Part shown: piece after piece, positions 1 to 9,473 of the stretch
How positions within the stretch are numbered: the first letter of the stretch is position 1
How the letters are laid out: the number at the start of each line of letters is the position of its first letter
DNA from: an uncultured virus (IMG/VR IMGVR_UViG_3300020465_000007)
Lineage: Duplodnaviria > Heunggongvirae > Uroviricota > Caudoviricetes
IMG/VR virus record: IMGVR_UViG_3300020465_000007
Length of the DNA stretch: 64,000 bases
Strand: one strand, 5' to 3'
Notes under the pieces: generated by a model
What the model saw: the letters and a program-made list of their open reading frames with translations, nothing else
Databases searched by the model: none
What the model was told of the DNA's origin: nothing
Made by a program: the position numbers and the translations under genes

Positions 1-729
1 TTAATACCTGTTAAAGAATCCATAAAAGAATTCAAAAATATGTCACCAGGACTTAAAAAGGCCTTAGCACAGAAAGGATATGGTCCTCTTTTCTTTACAA
101 TAGACCAGTCTAAAAGACAACTTAAACAAATGAAATACACAAAGGCTGAAATAGAGGATACATTATTTACAATGTTTGGTGACCAAGATCCTAAGATTGT
201 AAAAAAGATAAAAGAATCTAAGATAAAAGAATCTATAAACGAGAAAAAGGGAGCTTGGTTTAATTCTCTATTTCCAAAGAGTAAAGTTCAAAAGGCGATT
301 GAAATAGCTAAAGAAATGGGTGGTAATATGACTGGTGCTACAAAGAAGATTGAAAAGTTCTTTCCTGGTATGATATTAAATACTGATGTTCAAGATGCAC
401 TTAGAAAATATAATGAATCCATAAATGAAATGACTAAAAGACAGGCAGCAGAAACACTAAAACAATTGGGTGGTAATAAATTTATCGTGATGACTGGAGC
501 TAAAAGGTTTGCATTTAGTGATAAGGGTTTAGGATTTAAAATTGGTAGAAATGCTAAAGCTGTTAATTATGTACATATTAGTTTAAATGGTAAAGACTTG
601 TATGATATGAAATTTCAAAAAGGTACAAGAGTATTAAAGAAAGTAGATGATGTTTATGGTGACCAACTACAAAAGATGTTTACTAAGTATACTGGAATGT
701 ATACCAGTCTAGGTACTATGGGAAGATAG
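1..729 (+). CDS. Hypothetical modular protein, probably 5'-truncated by the window; putative head-internal protein
   Basis: Frame is open from base 1 (LIPVKESIKEFKN-M40). Small domains are separated by ESI[KN]E linkers. Lies upstream of scaffold/capsid genes. Confidence 0.6.
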   Translation, partial: LIPVKESIKEFKNMSPGLKKALAQKGYGPLFFTIDQSKRQLKQMKYTKAEIEDTLFTMFGDQDPKIVKKIKESKIKESINEKKGAWFNSLFPKSKVQKAIEIAKEMGGNMTGATKKIEKFFPGMILNTDVQDALRKYNESINEMTKRQAAETLKQLGGNKFIVMTGAKRFAFSDKGLGFKIGRNAKAVNYVHISLNGKDLYDMKFQKGTRVLKKVDDVYGDQLQKMFTKYTGMYTSLGTMGR

Positions 730-731
730 TA

Positions 732-1010
732 ATGATTAGTTTAAAAAGTTTAATGAGAAACATCAAAGAGATGAAACTTACTAAACCAAGAGTAGGTAAA
801 GAAACTCCAATGGATGCAAATGTTCAAATACCAGGATATGGTGTATTGACAAGAAAGCAAATGAGGGGTAGTATTTTAAGGTATATGAAAGAAGTATCAA
901 CTTATATTAGAAAAGGTGATATGGAACAGGCTTATAGTTCTCTATATAAAAGGGGAGTATTGAAAGGATTTTTGGAAACAGAAATACAACATCAAGGGAA
1001 AAAACTATGA
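732..1010 (+). CDS. Hypothetical protein (head region)
   Basis: 92 aa ORF tightly packed with its neighbours; N-terminus MISLKSLMRNIKE resembles the local shared leader. Confidence 0.7.
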   Translation: MISLKSLMRNIKEMKLTKPRVGKETPMDANVQIPGYGVLTRKQMRGSILRYMKEVSTYIRKGDMEQAYSSLYKRGVLKGFLETEIQHQGKKL

Positions 1011-1420
1011 TTAAGTTAAAAGAATTAATAAAAGACCAATGTAATTGTGATGGTGATTGTTGTTCTAAAGTTAATGAAAATCAAATGCAATTGGGTAAAA
1101 TATTTACTGGTAATGGATTTGCATTTAGAAAAGAATTTGACAAAATACCACTTACAGAAAAAGTAGATTTAGACCAAAAAATAATTGATAAGATAGCTAA
1201 ACTTACTGATTACAATAATCATAATGAAGCTAGAATTGTGTTGGCTAAAGAAATGGGTTTGAAAAATTTAATAAAGGGATATGAAGCAATTATGGTATTG
1301 CATGATATGTTTAGACAAATGAATGAAATGATGGCCGCTAGAACAAAATTAGATGGTTGGTTAATGGATGGTGCTAAAAGAAAGTATGGTAATTTCAAAG
1401 ACATTTATGGGGCATACTAA
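1007..1420 (+). CDS. Hypothetical protein with MIKLKEL leader (putative internal head protein)
   Basis: 137 aa, ATGA overlap with the previous gene, leader shared with 1691 and 2377. Confidence 0.7.
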   Translation: MIKLKELIKDQCNCDGDCCSKVNENQMQLGKIFTGNGFAFRKEFDKIPLTEKVDLDQKIIDKIAKLTDYNNHNEARIVLAKEMGLKNLIKGYEAIMVLHDMFRQMNEMMAARTKLDGWLMDGAKRKYGNFKDIYGAY

Positions 1421-1641
1421 TGAATCATAAAATGTGGGCACAATGGAAAGACTTTAGGTTAAATGAAGAAGAGGTAGAACCAGCACTTGAAATGGTGAGG
1501 GCATTAAATACTTTAAAGTATGAAATTGGTGAATTGGATTATAAAAAACAAATGGCTTGGGGTGAAAAGAATCCAAAAAAAGCAAAACAGATAATGGACA
1601 CCGCAAATACTCTAATGCAGAAAATAAAAAAAATTAGATAA
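1420..1641 (+). CDS. Hypothetical protein
   Basis: 73 aa, TAATG overlap with the previous gene. Confidence 0.65.
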   Translation: MNHKMWAQWKDFRLNEEEVEPALEMVRALNTLKYEIGELDYKKQMAWGEKNPKKAKQIMDTANTLMQKIKKIR

Positions 1642-1665
1642 TATTACTTAAAATATTCAATATAG

Positions 1666-1673
1666 ATATTTAT
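1666..1673 (+). promoter_or_regulatory. ATATTTAT putative late-promoter motif
   Basis: Motif recurs in most intergenic gaps; here followed by SD AAGGAG and ATG at 1691. Confidence 0.45.
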
Positions 1674-1690
1674 ATCTAAGGAGACACAAA

Positions 1691-2374
1691 ATGGCAAAAT
1701 TAAAAGATTTATTAGAAGAAAGTTTTTCAATGTTGGGTGGAGTAGTATCTACACCAGTAGTTGGTGGTAGTCCATTTGAAAGAGAAGATAGTTCCCTAAC
1801 TGATATTGTAGAAGATTTATATGGTGAAAAACCAACTAAAATATCTGCTAAAGAGGTATTGGAAGCAATTAGAACTTTTAATTCTATTGGTAAACACATG
1901 AGAAGTGAAGCTAATTTGAAAAGTATTGCAAAGTCTCTTAGTGAAATTGCAAGTAAAGCAAAAACTCATACTGTACAAGAAACAGAAGATTGGTTTGATA
2001 AAGTTACTGTAAATCGTAACATGAAAGATTTAACAACATTATCTAAATCTTTTAATAAGATTGCTGGTGAGGCTCACACATTACAAGAAAGAATGGGTGC
2101 ATTATATGAGGATATGGGATATATTCTAAATAGATATTATGAAATGGAAGGTGATGATAGTGAAAATCCACAGGCAGACCAAGAAGATGATATGGTTAAA
2201 GCTGGGTTGAAAAATGTAAAGGGTGCAGATATTAAAGAGGGTGATTATGATGCATTTTTTAAATCAGCGATGAAAAAATTTGGTATATCTTCACCAGATG
2301 AATTAGATGATGAAAAGAAAAAGAAATTTTTTAACTATGTAGATAATAACTATTCTGCTAAAGATGAGGGATAA
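1691..2374 (+). CDS. Putative prohead core/internal protein
   Basis: 227 aa, SD AAGGAG, MAKLKDLLEE leader, helical and acidic, near scaffold and capsid genes. Confidence 0.65.
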   Translation: MAKLKDLLEESFSMLGGVVSTPVVGGSPFEREDSSLTDIVEDLYGEKPTKISAKEVLEAIRTFNSIGKHMRSEANLKSIAKSLSEIASKAKTHTVQETEDWFDKVTVNRNMKDLTTLSKSFNKIAGEAHTLQERMGALYEDMGYILNRYYEMEGDDSENPQADQEDDMVKAGLKNVKGADIKEGDYDAFFKSAMKKFGISSPDELDDEKKKKFFNYVDNNYSAKDEG

Positions 2375-2376
2375 TA

Positions 2377-2859
2377 ATGATTAAGTTAAAAGATTTGATT
2401 ATTGAAAGACCACAAAGTGAAAAATCACATAAAACAGAAGTGATGAAAAAATATGTTACTCCAATAGTGGCAGATATTCTTAAAAAACAGAATTTACCTG
2501 TTGTGGGTACGGTTACAAGTAAACATGGACATGCTGAAGATATTAGTGATTATTATTGGGATGAAGATAGGGCGGACAAACCATTAGATAAAAAATATGA
2601 ATGGGCTGTGGGTTGGAATAAAGCAGCAGGTTGGATACAATTTTATAATAGAGACACCAATGGTGATACTTGGAAGAAATATTGGAAACCAAAAAAACCT
2701 ACAAGGAAATTATATTTCGCATTAAGGAGAGCATTTAAAGACCTCCCAAGAATGGAGTTGTATGATGACAATGGTACAATTAAGTACAGAAGTGTCTTGA
2801 CTTGGCTGCCATTTATGAAAACAATAGGGTATAAATACGCATTTCCAGATTCAAAATAA
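2377..2859 (+). CDS. Hypothetical protein with MIKLKDL leader
   Basis: 160 aa; first 17 nt (ATGATTAAGTTAAAAGA) identical to the start of ORF 1007. Confidence 0.7.
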   Translation: MIKLKDLIIERPQSEKSHKTEVMKKYVTPIVADILKKQNLPVVGTVTSKHGHAEDISDYYWDEDRADKPLDKKYEWAVGWNKAAGWIQFYNRDTNGDTWKKYWKPKKPTRKLYFALRRAFKDLPRMELYDDNGTIKYRSVLTWLPFMKTIGYKYAFPDSK

Positions 2860-2874
2860 ATAAAGAGGTAACAA

Positions 2875-3072
2875 ATGTTATATGTAAAAGTTGGTAAAAA
2901 TAAATCTATTGAAAAAGCAATAAGCATTTTCAAGAGAAAGGTAAAAGAAAGTGGTTTGATGTTGGAGTTGAGAGAAAGAGCATTTTACAAGAAGCCATCA
3001 GCAGACCGTAGAGAAAAGAAAAATAAAGCAAAATTGAGAAATAAATACAAGGTATTAAGAGAAAAAGATTAA
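2875..3072 (+). CDS. rpsU: Phage-encoded ribosomal protein bS21
   Basis: 65 aa basic protein, VKV..NKSIEKAI..FKRKVKESG.M.ELRER.FY.KPS..RR, matching the bS21 family pattern; SD GAGG. Confidence 0.92.
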   Translation: MLYVKVGKNKSIEKAISIFKRKVKESGLMLELRERAFYKKPSADRREKKNKAKLRNKYKVLREKD

Positions 3073-3227
3073 AATATACACACTTTTTATACACTTTTTT
3101 TTACTTTTTAATACTTATTATTAAACAAATACACTATCGTATAATCCTATACATCATATAGTGTACCTTATATTAATCATATTGTAGTTCAAAATAACTA
3201 TATTAAATCCTATTTGGAGAAATAATA

Positions 3228-4313
3228 ATGGATGACTTATTAAAAGAAGCAATTGCTGACGCTAAAGCAGTTCGTGAAACAGCTCTAGCTAATGCAAAGA
3301 TTGCTCTTGAAGAGGCATTTACTCCACGATTGACATCAATGCTATCTCAGAAAATTCAACATGAAGTTGAAGGTGATGAAGTAGAAGATGCAGAAGAAAC
3401 TTATGAAGAAGATGAAGAAGCTCCTGTTGAACCAGAAGTAGAAGCACCTGCTGAAGATGAAGAAGAACCTGTAGCTCATGATGAAGAAGAAGAAGCTGAA
3501 GAAGCACCAGAAGAAATGATGGATGCTGAAGAAGGTGAAGAAGATTCTGTACCTCATGATGAAGAAGAAGATGATGTTGTTGAAATCAATGGTGTAAAAT
3601 ACGCTCCTGTCGTTTCCGAAGAAGAAGATGAAGAAGAAGTTGAAGAAGGTGAAGGACATGAAGATGCTGAAGAAGCTGATGAACTTGACCTTGAAGCTAT
3701 ACTTCGTGAATTGGAAGATGCTGAGGAAGAGGAAGAAGAACCAGTTGCTGAAGGTGAAGAGGAAGAAGAAGTTGACGAATCTGTAACCGAAGGTGAAGAG
3801 GAAGATGAAGTTGAAGAATCTGCTAAAATCAAAGAAGAAGAAGATGCTGATGGTGAAGAAGTAGATGAAGATGTTGACCTTGAAGAAGTTCTTAAAGCTC
3901 TTTCCGAAGAAGAGGAAGGCGAAGAGGAAGTAGAGGAAGTTGCCAAACTTCAAACTGAATTAAAAGAGCACAGAGATGTAGTAAAATTCTTGCGTGCTAA
4001 ACTTAACGAAGTTAATTTATTAAACGCAAAACTATTGTTTTCAAACAAACTTTTCCGTACATTTGGTTTAACAAATGAACAGAAGATGAAAGTAGTAGAA
4101 ACTTTTGACAGAACAAAGAATCTTAGAGAGATTAAGTTGGTTTATTCAACTCTTGCTGAGTCCTTTGGTCAAGTTAAAGCTTCTCCTATCAAAGAATCTG
4201 TTAGGAAAGGTTCAAGTTCTAAAGCAGTAGCTTCAACAAAACCTAAGAAAAAAGTAATTTCTGAAGGTGATGATTTGAAGGCTAGGTTTAAGAAATTAGC
4301 TAACATAATTTAA
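3228..4313 (+). CDS. Prohead core scaffolding protein (T4 gp22-like role)
   Basis: Very Glu/Asp-rich centre, conserved-looking termini (DLLKEAIADAKAVRETALANAK; LNEVNLLNAKLLF), directly upstream of the capsid gene; SD GGAG. Confidence 0.85.
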   Translation: MDDLLKEAIADAKAVRETALANAKIALEEAFTPRLTSMLSQKIQHEVEGDEVEDAEETYEEDEEAPVEPEVEAPAEDEEEPVAHDEEEEAEEAPEEMMDAEEGEEDSVPHDEEEDDVVEINGVKYAPVVSEEEDEEEVEEGEGHEDAEEADELDLEAILRELEDAEEEEEEPVAEGEEEEEVDESVTEGEEEDEVEESAKIKEEEDADGEEVDEDVDLEEVLKALSEEEEGEEEVEEVAKLQTELKEHRDVVKFLRAKLNEVNLLNAKLLFSNKLFRTFGLTNEQKMKVVETFDRTKNLREIKLVYSTLAESFGQVKASPIKESVRKGSSSKAVASTKPKKKVISEGDDLKARFKKLANII

Positions 4314-4335
4314 ACCCTTAATTGGAGACTTAAAA

Positions 4336-5997
4336 ATGAGTAACAATACAAAAACAATTGAAGGCTTGATGGATGGATATAATCCACAAAGACAATTGTT
4401 AGAACAAACTCGTAAATTAGTCAAGAAGTGGGAGCCAACAGGTCTTTTAGAAGGTTTGAATAAAGAACATGAAGTCAATGGAATGAGTGTTCTTTTGGAA
4501 AACCAAGCTCGTCAGTTAATTGATGAGGCTTCAAGAACTGGAACTTCTGCAAATTCAGAAGAATGGTCAGGTGTTGCACTTCCATTGGTTCGTAGAATCT
4601 TTGGTGAGTTAGCAGCTCAGGAATTCGTTTCTGTTCAGCCTATGAACCTACCTTCTGGACTTATTTTCTATCTTGATTTTAAATACGGAACTGCACAAAA
4701 CGGACAGCATACAGACGGAGCAGATGTACATGGTAACACAAGTGGATCTGGTGATGCTACTGGCGGTCTTTATGGTGCTGGTAAATATGGATATTCTATT
4801 AACGATAAGTCAACTGCTGCACAGGCATTACATGCAAGTGCGATTGCTAGTGGTACATATACAACAGGTTCAGTTTCTTGGGCTGATGTTGATTTTGAAC
4901 CATCACTATCTGCTTCTGTTGCATTAGGTAACTTAGTAGACAATGGTCTTATCAAATTGAATATCTCTTCATTGGCACTTGATGCTGTTGCAACACACGA
5001 TCCTGATGGAATCCGTGCGTTTTCAGTAACAACTGCAACTGGTACAGATGAGTTCTTTCCAGCATACACAAAGAAAGTAGGTAACACTATTTCCTTTATT
5101 GCTAAGAAAAGTGCTGTTGGTGCACCAGGTGCTGCTACAGTAAAATTCCATTCAGTATCTGCTACAGATTATAACAGAACTGATTTTGAAGCTACTGCAG
5201 CACAGATTGATGCTAATCCTGAAACAGACATTGACATTCCAGAACTTGATATAGCTCTAAAGAGCATTCCAATCATTGCTAAAACTCGTAAGTTGAAAGC
5301 TGTTTGGACTCCTGAGCTAGCTCAAGACTTGAATGCTTATCACTCTGTTGATGCTGAAGCTGAATTAACTGCACTATTAAGTGAGTACATTTCAATGGAA
5401 ATTGATTTGGAAATCCTTGATATGTTGATGAGTAATGCTTCTGCTAAAACTGAAAAGTGGTCAGCTAAAGTTGGATATGAAATCAATGATGCTGGTACTC
5501 TTTTTGTAGAAACAGCTGCTAATGCTTCTGCTTACACAAAAGGAACTTGGTTCCAGACACTTGGAAACAAGATACAATCAGTATCTAATGCAATCCATCA
5601 AAAGACTCTTCGTGGTGGTGCAAACTTTATGGTGGTTTCACCTGAAGTTGCTACAATCATTGAGTCTATTCCTGGATATGCTTCAGACGCTAGTGGTGAT
5701 GCTACACAAGGTAAATTTGCTATGGGTGTACAGAAAGTCGGTGCTTTAAACAACCGATATAATGTGTACAAAAACCCTTACATGCAAGAGAACACAATAC
5801 TTGTCGGTTTCCGCGGAAGTAACTTCCTAGAAACTGGTGCTGTATATGCTCCTTATGTACCATTAATCATGACACCTCTTGTTTATGATCCAAAGAACTT
5901 TACACCTCGTAAAGGCGTCATGACAAGATATGCTAAGAAGATTGTTAGACCAGAATATTACGGAAAAGTAATAGTTGCTGATAGTAACTTAGTGTAA
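4336..5997 (+). CDS. gp23: Major capsid protein (T4 gp23 family)
   Basis: gp23 motifs LPLVRR, VQPMNLPSGLIFYL, AKTRKLKAVWTPELAQDLNAYH, YAPYVPL, P..F.P..GVMTRY; SD GGAG. Confidence 0.96.
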   Translation: MSNNTKTIEGLMDGYNPQRQLLEQTRKLVKKWEPTGLLEGLNKEHEVNGMSVLLENQARQLIDEASRTGTSANSEEWSGVALPLVRRIFGELAAQEFVSVQPMNLPSGLIFYLDFKYGTAQNGQHTDGADVHGNTSGSGDATGGLYGAGKYGYSINDKSTAAQALHASAIASGTYTTGSVSWADVDFEPSLSASVALGNLVDNGLIKLNISSLALDAVATHDPDGIRAFSVTTATGTDEFFPAYTKKVGNTISFIAKKSAVGAPGAATVKFHSVSATDYNRTDFEATAAQIDANPETDIDIPELDIALKSIPIIAKTRKLKAVWTPELAQDLNAYHSVDAEAELTALLSEYISMEIDLEILDMLMSNASAKTEKWSAKVGYEINDAGTLFVETAANASAYTKGTWFQTLGNKIQSVSNAIHQKTLRGGANFMVVSPEVATIIESIPGYASDASGDATQGKFAMGVQKVGALNNRYNVYKNPYMQENTILVGFRGSNFLETGAVYAPYVPLIMTPLVYDPKNFTPRKGVMTRYAKKIVRPEYYGKVIVADSNLV

Positions 5998-6024
5998 GTT
6001 TAAGTATTTATACTTAATCTAATT

Positions 6025-6058
6025 AAAATGGGGAGCTTTTTAGTTCCCCATTTTTTTT
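6025..6058 (+). terminator. Intrinsic terminator after the capsid gene
   Basis: Stem AAAATGGGGAGCT / AGTTCCCCATTTT running into a T tract. Confidence 0.88.
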
Positions 6059-6077
6059 ATCTATTTTTCATTTCTTG

Positions 6078-6085
6078 ATATTTAT
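6078..6085 (+). promoter_or_regulatory. ATATTTAT putative late-promoter motif
   Basis: Immediately after the terminator and before SD AGGAG of ORF 6126. Confidence 0.5.
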
Positions 6086-6125
6086 TTATAGATATATCTA
6101 ACAAATTCTAATTAGGAGAAAACCT

Positions 6126-7277
6126 ATGGCTCAAGAACCAATCTGGCCAGGTAGTGGTTCTGCAGTAAGTGGAACAACACCATTTGGTTTCTATGATGAG
6201 GATACGGTATTTCAATCTGATGCACCTAAATTTGCTAAGTGGTGTGCAAAAAGAATGGGATATCCTATAACAGCAATAGAACTACAAGACACACAATTTT
6301 ATGCCTGTTTTGAGGAAAGTATTACTGAATATTCATCTCATGTAAATCAATTCAATATAAAAGACAATTTATTAAGTTTAAAAGGACAATCAACAAGTTC
6401 TAATTTAACTCATAAAAGAATTACTCATACTATGGGTGAACAAATATTTTTATCAGAAACTTATGGAAGTGAAGCTCATGTTGGTGGAACTGTACCTGTA
6501 TATAAAGATAAGATAAAAGTTCAAAGTGGTTCACAAGATTATAATTTAAATACCTTAATTGCAGATCCAAGTGGAAGTGGTGCAATTGAAATTAAAAAAG
6601 TATTTTATGAGGCAGCACCAGCTGTATCAAGATACTTTGATCCATACGCTGGTACAGGAAATACAACTAATAATTTATTAGATGGATTTGGATTTGGTGG
6701 TGCTTCACCAGCAATTACATTTGTATTACAACCAGTATATGCGGACGTTTTAAAAACACAGGCAATTGAATTTAATGACCAAATAAGAAAATCTGGTTAT
6801 TCATTTGAATTAAAAAATAATAGTTTAAGATTATTTCCACCACCAGCAGCAACTGGTTCAATTTGGATAGAATACAGTAAAGTTACTGAAAAAGAAAATG
6901 TATTAAGAACAAGATATAGTGGTTCGGTTGATACAATTTCTGATATTAGTAATGCTCCATTTGATAATATGGTTTATAAACAGATTAATGATGTTGGTAA
7001 ACAATGGGTTAGAAAATATGGATTAGCTTTATCAAAGGAATTATTGGGTATGGTTAGGAGTAAATATGGAACTATTCCAATTCCTAATTCAGATGTAACT
7101 TTAGATGGAGATACATTGAGGGCAGAGGCAACTGCTGAAAAGGAAACACTAATAGAACAATTGAGAGAAATGTTAGACCAAACAAGTAACAAGGCATTAT
7201 TGGAAGCAGATAGAGAGTCAAGTGATTCATTACAAGAAAAGATGAAGAAAGTTCCAATGCCTATATTCATAGGATAA
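6126..7277 (+). CDS. Neck / head-tail connector protein (gp13-like)
   Basis: Follows the capsid gene; motifs MGYP...IEL and WVRKY.LAL.KE.LG.VRSKY..IP.P...VTLDG resemble T4 gp13-type neck proteins. Confidence 0.75.
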   Translation: MAQEPIWPGSGSAVSGTTPFGFYDEDTVFQSDAPKFAKWCAKRMGYPITAIELQDTQFYACFEESITEYSSHVNQFNIKDNLLSLKGQSTSSNLTHKRITHTMGEQIFLSETYGSEAHVGGTVPVYKDKIKVQSGSQDYNLNTLIADPSGSGAIEIKKVFYEAAPAVSRYFDPYAGTGNTTNNLLDGFGFGGASPAITFVLQPVYADVLKTQAIEFNDQIRKSGYSFELKNNSLRLFPPPAATGSIWIEYSKVTEKENVLRTRYSGSVDTISDISNAPFDNMVYKQINDVGKQWVRKYGLALSKELLGMVRSKYGTIPIPNSDVTLDGDTLRAEATAEKETLIEQLREMLDQTSNKALLEADRESSDSLQEKMKKVPMPIFIG

Positions 7278-7281
7278 GAAA

Positions 7282-7767
7282 ATGGCAAGTAGATTTTGGC
7301 CAGTAAGAGATGCAGAATTAGCCAAGAGGTTCAATGATGAGTTAGTTGGAAATCTTAAAGATGGAAAGTGTGGAATCATTGGCCAAGAGGTAATTTTATA
7401 TAGAGTATCAGTATATGATACATCAACTAATATGTATGGTGAGGCAGACAAAGGTAAGGTATATGAGGCAGGTGTAAAGTTATCTTGTATTATAGAAGCC
7501 GATGATATCAATTGGAATAATGATGAGTTTGGTGCAGATACTAGACAAGAAGCACAATTTCATTTCCAAAGAGATATGTTGATTGATGTAAATTTTAGAC
7601 CAGATATCGGTGATATTGTAAGTTGGAATAATGGTTATTTTGAAATCAATGGAACAAATGAAAATCAATTAGTTGGTGGAGATTATAATAAAAATTGGAC
7701 AATAAGTTGTACTGCATTCTTAACAAGAGTAAGTAATTTAAATATTGAAGAAACAAGGGCATTTTAA
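7282..7767 (+). CDS. Head-closure / neck protein (gp14-like)
   Basis: Position after the gp13-like gene; N.YGE and P.IGD.V.W....FEI patterns typical of head-closure proteins. Confidence 0.6.
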   Translation: MASRFWPVRDAELAKRFNDELVGNLKDGKCGIIGQEVILYRVSVYDTSTNMYGEADKGKVYEAGVKLSCIIEADDINWNNDEFGADTRQEAQFHFQRDMLIDVNFRPDIGDIVSWNNGYFEINGTNENQLVGGDYNKNWTISCTAFLTRVSNLNIEETRAF

Positions 7768-9473
7768 TGGCAAATAAACCAATATCAAGAAAGGCTAGAG
7801 TAGAATCTCACGCATTATCGGTACGGCCAGATTTTAATAGAGGTAATCAGTTACGGAGAGATAATGATACACAGGCAAATATATCTGTAAGTATTCAGGA
7901 TGTAGATGCTGCTATTATGTATTACTTTAATGAAGTAATACGGCCAAATGTAAATGAAAATAAAGAAGTTGTAAAAGTACCAGTTATGTATGCATCACCT
8001 GAAAGATGGGTAAGTATACAAAAGCGTGGTTTTATGAGAGATAAAAGACAACAATTAGTTGTTCCTGCAATTATATTTAGAAGAACTGGTATTGCAAAAA
8101 ATGACCAAGTTCCAATATCTAAAATAGATGCAAATACTCCACAAAATTTTGTAACCTTTGAACAAAAATATACAAGTCAAAATAGATATGACCAATTTTC
8201 TAAACAAATTGGAATAACACCATCAAGAGAATTGTATAATGTAGTTGTTCCTGATTATATAACATTGAGTTATGAATTTACTATTTGGACATCATTGATT
8301 GAACAAATGAATAAAATTGTAGAAAGGGTAAATTATACAAATGGTTCTTATTGGGGAGAACCTGGTAAGATGAGATTTAAGTCTCAAATAGATTCATTTA
8401 GTGATGCGAGTGAAATGGACGCTGGAGAGAGATTGGTAAAAACTAATTTTTCTGTTACTATGTATGGTTATATAATACCGAAAGAATTTAATAGAATGGT
8501 AAATACTAAAAAACAACTTACACCTAAGAAGTTAATTTTTAGTATGGATGTGGATAAGAGTTCAGCTGAATTTTTACCAAAAGATGAAGATGGAAATGTA
8601 GTTGAAGGTGGAACTTTACCCTCACCAGTAACAGAAGTTTATGGTATAAAAACATCAAAGAGTTTTACATTACAGGCTGGAAATAGTATTGTTATCTCAA
8701 ATAGTGGAGTTTCATTTAATGGTAGTGAAACATTAACACAAACAATATCCACTATACAACCTATATTACCAACTTCAAATGTTCAGTTTGCATCATTGGT
8801 AACTAATACTTTAGGGGTAGGAAGTGGTACATTTAGTCCACTTAATTATACTGGTAATTTAAATATAACAGGCTCTGTTAATGTCACACAAGATATAACG
8901 GTTAGTGGTGATGTAAATATAACTGGTATATTAACTGCAAAAGAATATCATACTCAATTTGTATCCTCATCTGTTATATTTCAAAGTGGTAGTACAAAAT
9001 TTGGCGATACCTTAGATGACACACATCAGTTTACTGGTAGTTATTCTGTTACAGGTTCTTGGACATTAAATAATACTGAAATAGTTGGGGTATCAAATGA
9101 TACAAGTTTAACTGATTCAAGTCAAACAGAATTGGTTACAGAACATGCTGTAAAGGTGTTTGCTGCTAGTGCTACTGGTAGTGTGGCAAATGAACAAACA
9201 TATTTAAGAAAGAATTTTTATAAATTAACTAATTCTATAACAGTTCCATCTACCGCAAGTTTTAATGCAGTAACTGCTTCTGCACCAAGTCCATTGAGTG
9301 CTACAAATAAAAATGATTTTATATTTTTTATCAATGGTCAATATATGGAACATGATGCACTTACAATTCAACAGGCAGGAGCAAATTTACTATTGAAGGT
9401 AGCTACTGGATCAATCGGATATAATTTAGAAACAGATGATGAGATAGTAGCGTTAGGTAAATTTAACTCATAA
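7767..9473 (+). CDS. Tail completion/terminator (gp15-like) domain fused to a fibre-like C-terminal extension
   Basis: N-terminal VPVMYASPERW, P.Y.TL.YE.TIWT...EQMN.IVE; C-terminal half is S/T/G-rich and paralogous to ORF 9473. Confidence 0.65.
   Translation: MANKPISRKARVESHALSVRPDFNRGNQLRRDNDTQANISVSIQDVDAAIMYYFNEVIRPNVNENKEVVKVPVMYASPERWVSIQKRGFMRDKRQQLVVPAIIFRRTGIAKNDQVPISKIDANTPQNFVTFEQKYTSQNRYDQFSKQIGITPSRELYNVVVPDYITLSYEFTIWTSLIEQMNKIVERVNYTNGSYWGEPGKMRFKSQIDSFSDASEMDAGERLVKTNFSVTMYGYIIPKEFNRMVNTKKQLTPKKLIFSMDVDKSSAEFLPKDEDGNVVEGGTLPSPVTEVYGIKTSKSFTLQAGNSIVISNSGVSFNGSETLTQTISTIQPILPTSNVQFASLVTNTLGVGSGTFSPLNYTGNLNITGSVNVTQDITVSGDVNITGILTAKEYHTQFVSSSVIFQSGSTKFGDTLDDTHQFTGSYSVTGSWTLNNTEIVGVSNDTSLTDSSQTELVTEHAVKVFAASATGSVANEQTYLRKNFYKLTNSITVPSTASFNAVTASAPSPLSATNKNDFIFFINGQYMEHDALTIQQAGANLLLKVATGSIGYNLETDDEIVALGKFNS

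Noticed and set aside
3319..3953. Minus-strand ORFs rich in Phe, Ser or Leu (3319-3507, 3342-3953, 3554-3946)
   Set aside because: Antisense shadows of the GAA/GAT-rich scaffold gene; low complexity, no independent signals.
1663..6017. Hairpins around the TTTA core (TAGATA-TTTA-TATCTA at 1663; TTAAGTA-TTTA-TACTTAA at 6000) as N4-like hairpin promoters
   Set aside because: Only two of about 14 motif copies show this, and short AT-rich palindromes are expected by chance.
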